From Chitinivibrionales bacterium (GTDB lineage: Bacteria > Fibrobacterota > Chitinivibrionia > Chitinivibrionales > WJKA01): 64,000 nucleotides of DNA. The translations under genes and the position numbers were made by a program. The notes under the pieces are model-generated. The model did not search any database, had not been told where the DNA came from, and was given only the letters and a program-made list of their open reading frames with translations. This document shows, in pieces, positions 61,277 through 64,000 of the stretch. The stretch spans positions 77,445-141,444 of the forward strand of contig JBBRUX010000001.1 in the NCBI GenBank assembly GCA_038247415.1, in the 5' to 3' direction. Each line of letters starts with the position of its first letter. Position 1 is the stretch's first letter.

Positions 61277-62839
61277 ATGCCGGGAAAACAACAGCATGGT
61301 GTGCGCTACGCGCGTCAAAAAATTCTCGATTATATAAGCGCCCACTCATTGTCATTAGGAGCAGAACTACCATCCCTACCCGGACTTATAGCTCTCTTTG
61401 GCCTATCCCGCGTTACCATCTGGAAAGCATTTCAGGAGCTTAAAACCGATGGTATTGTAACAGGCTCAAAAGGCCATCCGTTTAAAGTTGGTTGCATCAA
61501 AACAGATCCTCAACCTCAAAAGCAGCCCGACATAGAATCTTTGCCAAACCAGCAAATCTTTCAAAAAACTGCTTGGCATCGCGTACGCGATAGCATCGTT
61601 AAAGATATTGTTGATGGAAGTTTTCGGTCTGGCACGCTCATTCCCCCCAATAAAGATCTCGAACGTCGCTATGGCGCATGTTTTCGCACCCTTCAAAAAG
61701 CACTCGTGACACTTGCCGAAGAAGGAACAATTACCCCGCATAAAAAAGGCTACGCACTACCCGCATTTAGTGCGCGCCCCTGGAAACCTCGCATCATCTG
61801 CATTGCTCGCACCGATAACAATACGGGAGTCGTTCTTCCAACACAGCACGATGAAAATTTTGTACGCGGATTAGAAGTACAATGTAAGGGAAGTGGCATT
61901 AGTGTTGATATCATGATTCTTATTGCGAAAGACGCACCCGACGAACTCATTTTACGCGATGCGAGAACTGGCCAGGAATCTTTGATAGAAGATCTCGCAT
62001 CCCTCAAGGAAGAGCCAATTCTTGGTTTTATCATGCTCTCGCCCTGGGAACCTGGCAACATCATCCATCGTATTGCTCATGCGATTCGACCACTTAAAAA
62101 ACCATTTGTTGTATTTGACGGAACTGGCCATGTGGCCTTACCCCAGGAATTGGGGATTGCACCCAAATTCATTAGGATTTTTAAGCCAACACTTGATAGC
62201 GAACCGGGCAAATCTGTAGCTCGATATCTTTTGTCAATGAACCTCCGTTCGATAGCATTCATTTCGCCTACGCATACTTTTATCTGGTCGAAAAAAAGGC
62301 TCGAGGGATTGAGAAGTGTTTATGCAAGCTCTGGGTTTCCTCGCGGAGTAAACGCCTTTACTTTCGAAGCAGAAACAGAAACATGGAATGCTGCTGCGCC
62401 CATCGATCCACAGCCACTTCTTGCGAGCTACGAACGATGGAAAGCGTCCATACCACCCTTGTATATTCCCGATCTTGATATCCATATGCGCAAGACAAAA
62501 GGCATCTTGTATTTTGGCAAAATGAGAGAGAGCGTTTATGCACTTTGCGATAAAGCTTGTTCACAAAAAATCCCCGAGGCATTTGTTGCAGTAAACGACG
62601 CCACCGGCACCATGATTCTTGACTACCTCAAGAGCCGCTCAATAAAAGTACCCAAGGACACGCTCGTTGTTTCATTCGATAACTTCTTCGAAGCAATTCA
62701 GGCAAATCTCACAAGCTACGACTTCAACATTAGCGGAGTAGTTCAAGCGGCTGTGGGATTTATTCTTGGAAGAAAACCATTTTTGTCCGGCAGCGAAAGT
62801 GGCGGATATATACTCACGCGTTCCAGCTCACATCGGTAA
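61277..62839 (+). CDS. Transcriptional regulator with two GntR-like wHTH domains and a LacI-type sensor domain
   Basis: LPSLPGL..GLSRVTIWKA..L..DG and IPPNKDL..YGACFRTLQKAL; C-terminal AVNDA..IKVPKD..VVSFDN..LTSYD. Confidence 0.85.
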   Translation: MPGKQQHGVRYARQKILDYISAHSLSLGAELPSLPGLIALFGLSRVTIWKAFQELKTDGIVTGSKGHPFKVGCIKTDPQPQKQPDIESLPNQQIFQKTAWHRVRDSIVKDIVDGSFRSGTLIPPNKDLERRYGACFRTLQKALVTLAEEGTITPHKKGYALPAFSARPWKPRIICIARTDNNTGVVLPTQHDENFVRGLEVQCKGSGISVDIMILIAKDAPDELILRDARTGQESLIEDLASLKEEPILGFIMLSPWEPGNIIHRIAHAIRPLKKPFVVFDGTGHVALPQELGIAPKFIRIFKPTLDSEPGKSVARYLLSMNLRSIAFISPTHTFIWSKKRLEGLRSVYASSGFPRGVNAFTFEAETETWNAAAPIDPQPLLASYERWKASIPPLYIPDLDIHMRKTKGILYFGKMRESVYALCDKACSQKIPEAFVAVNDATGTMILDYLKSRSIKVPKDTLVVSFDNFFEAIQANLTSYDFNISGVVQAAVGFILGRKPFLSGSESGGYILTRSSSHR

Positions 62840-62845
62840 CGCATC

Positions 62846-63877
62846 ATGAAATACCAAATCATTATAATTACCCTCCTTGTAACGTATGCTCAAAGCACGG
62901 CTTCATCAATTCGTGAGCATACCTTCACCAGCACGCTCATACCAAATACTTTTAGCTGTGCCGTCGTTCTCCCAAAATCTTACACTGCAGATTCCGCCCG
63001 AGGCCATCGTTTTCCTGTTGTTTACTTTCTGCACTGTGCAGGATGCAGTAAGGAGAGCTACTATAAAGATCCGGGTTATTGCACACCACTTACAACCCTT
63101 ATCGATGCTCATACTTTTATTGCGGTTTGTATCGACGATGGGGGCATTCTCAGCTGGTGGCTCGATAGCCCCCTCAATGATCATATGCAGGTGTCTACCT
63201 TTCTTGCGAAAGTCCTTGTTAACCGTATCGATTCGCTCTACGCTACTCTACCTTCACGAGAGGCACGCGGTCTCACGGGGCACAGCATGGGTGGATTTGG
63301 TGCTTTACATAATCTTATTAAACACCCCGATATTTTTAGTGCTGCCTTTAGTATAAAAGGGGGTCTGGACCCAACTTTGCCACTGAGTCGTTCCTGGGGA
63401 AGCGATTTTGGTTTGAACACCCTTCTTGGAACGCAAAGCTCCCAAAGCGTCAATTGGGACGCCGTTAATATTTTAAAAAACTGCACAAGTCTTAAGGATA
63501 AAAAGTGCTCCATTGCATTCTATAGCGGTAAAAACGATAGTTGGTTTTCCGGCGAAAACAGAAAACTGGACACAATTCTCACACAAGCTTCTCTACCTCA
63601 TTTTTTTAGCGAAACAAGCGAAGACCATTACGCAATCCCCGATACGCAAATTAAACTGGTGCTTGCCTATTTCGATTCTGTGTTTGCCCCGTTCGTCTCT
63701 GTTGCCCCCCACAGCAAGTATCATAAACGTAATTCTCTAAGTAAAGATCCCTCATATCGAACTTCACGCGATTTCACCATCAATGGGCGGTCGCTGCCCA
63801 TTGATCCCGCACACACAAATTGCTCATTGTATTCTAAAAACAAATTACTCGATCCGAAAATAAAAACAAACCACTAA
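62846..63877 (+). CDS. Secreted alpha/beta-hydrolase (esterase family)
   Basis: Signal peptide, VVLPKSY, FPVVYFLH, GHSMGG nucleophile elbow, downstream Asp and His candidates. Confidence 0.88.
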   Translation: MKYQIIIITLLVTYAQSTASSIREHTFTSTLIPNTFSCAVVLPKSYTADSARGHRFPVVYFLHCAGCSKESYYKDPGYCTPLTTLIDAHTFIAVCIDDGGILSWWLDSPLNDHMQVSTFLAKVLVNRIDSLYATLPSREARGLTGHSMGGFGALHNLIKHPDIFSAAFSIKGGLDPTLPLSRSWGSDFGLNTLLGTQSSQSVNWDAVNILKNCTSLKDKKCSIAFYSGKNDSWFSGENRKLDTILTQASLPHFFSETSEDHYAIPDTQIKLVLAYFDSVFAPFVSVAPHSKYHKRNSLSKDPSYRTSRDFTINGRSLPIDPAHTNCSLYSKNKLLDPKIKTNH

Positions 63878-64000
63878 TGGCAAACCATAAAATATTCAAA
63901 GGAGCTTGGTGCGCTTCTGCCCACAAGCTATTTTTGTCAAGAATTTTTCGTACCACAAACATTGCATTATAAAGGTTAAGCGAGATATGATGTCGATTCG

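Overview
Bacterial chromosomal window in the standard genetic code. The lineage is tentatively a Gram-negative Fibrobacterota/Chitinispirillales-like organism; this is inferred from gene content only. Most of the window is housekeeping: hisHF, glgP, recF-dciA-gyrB-surE-gyrA, an HAD-mfd-ppiC-surA-MTase-ftsE-wza cluster, glyA under a ZTP riboswitch, uppS-cdsA-dxr, dusB, cca, rpoN-lipA-hpf, ispG, an ABC exporter, oppABCDF running into a Ni-type ECF transporter, and a double-wHTH GntR/LacI-type regulator with a secreted esterase. Between dxr (ends 27911) and a tyrosine recombinase (37933-39141) lies a ~10 kb decaying defence island. It holds a tcmP-DUF5131 pair directly upstream of a type I R-M locus (hsdM-ORF6N-hsdS-BroN-truncated hsdR). 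That is followed by remnants missing from the ORF track: a trypsin-like protease, an IS66 end, a SNF2 helicase tail and dinD. Other signals not in the track are a ParE-type TA pair with a nonsense-mutated toxin and an attC-like palindrome, a GC-rich multi-hairpin element and a sigma54-like site upstream of rpoN, and a non-canonical GyrA QRDR. No rRNA, tRNA or CRISPR array was seen.
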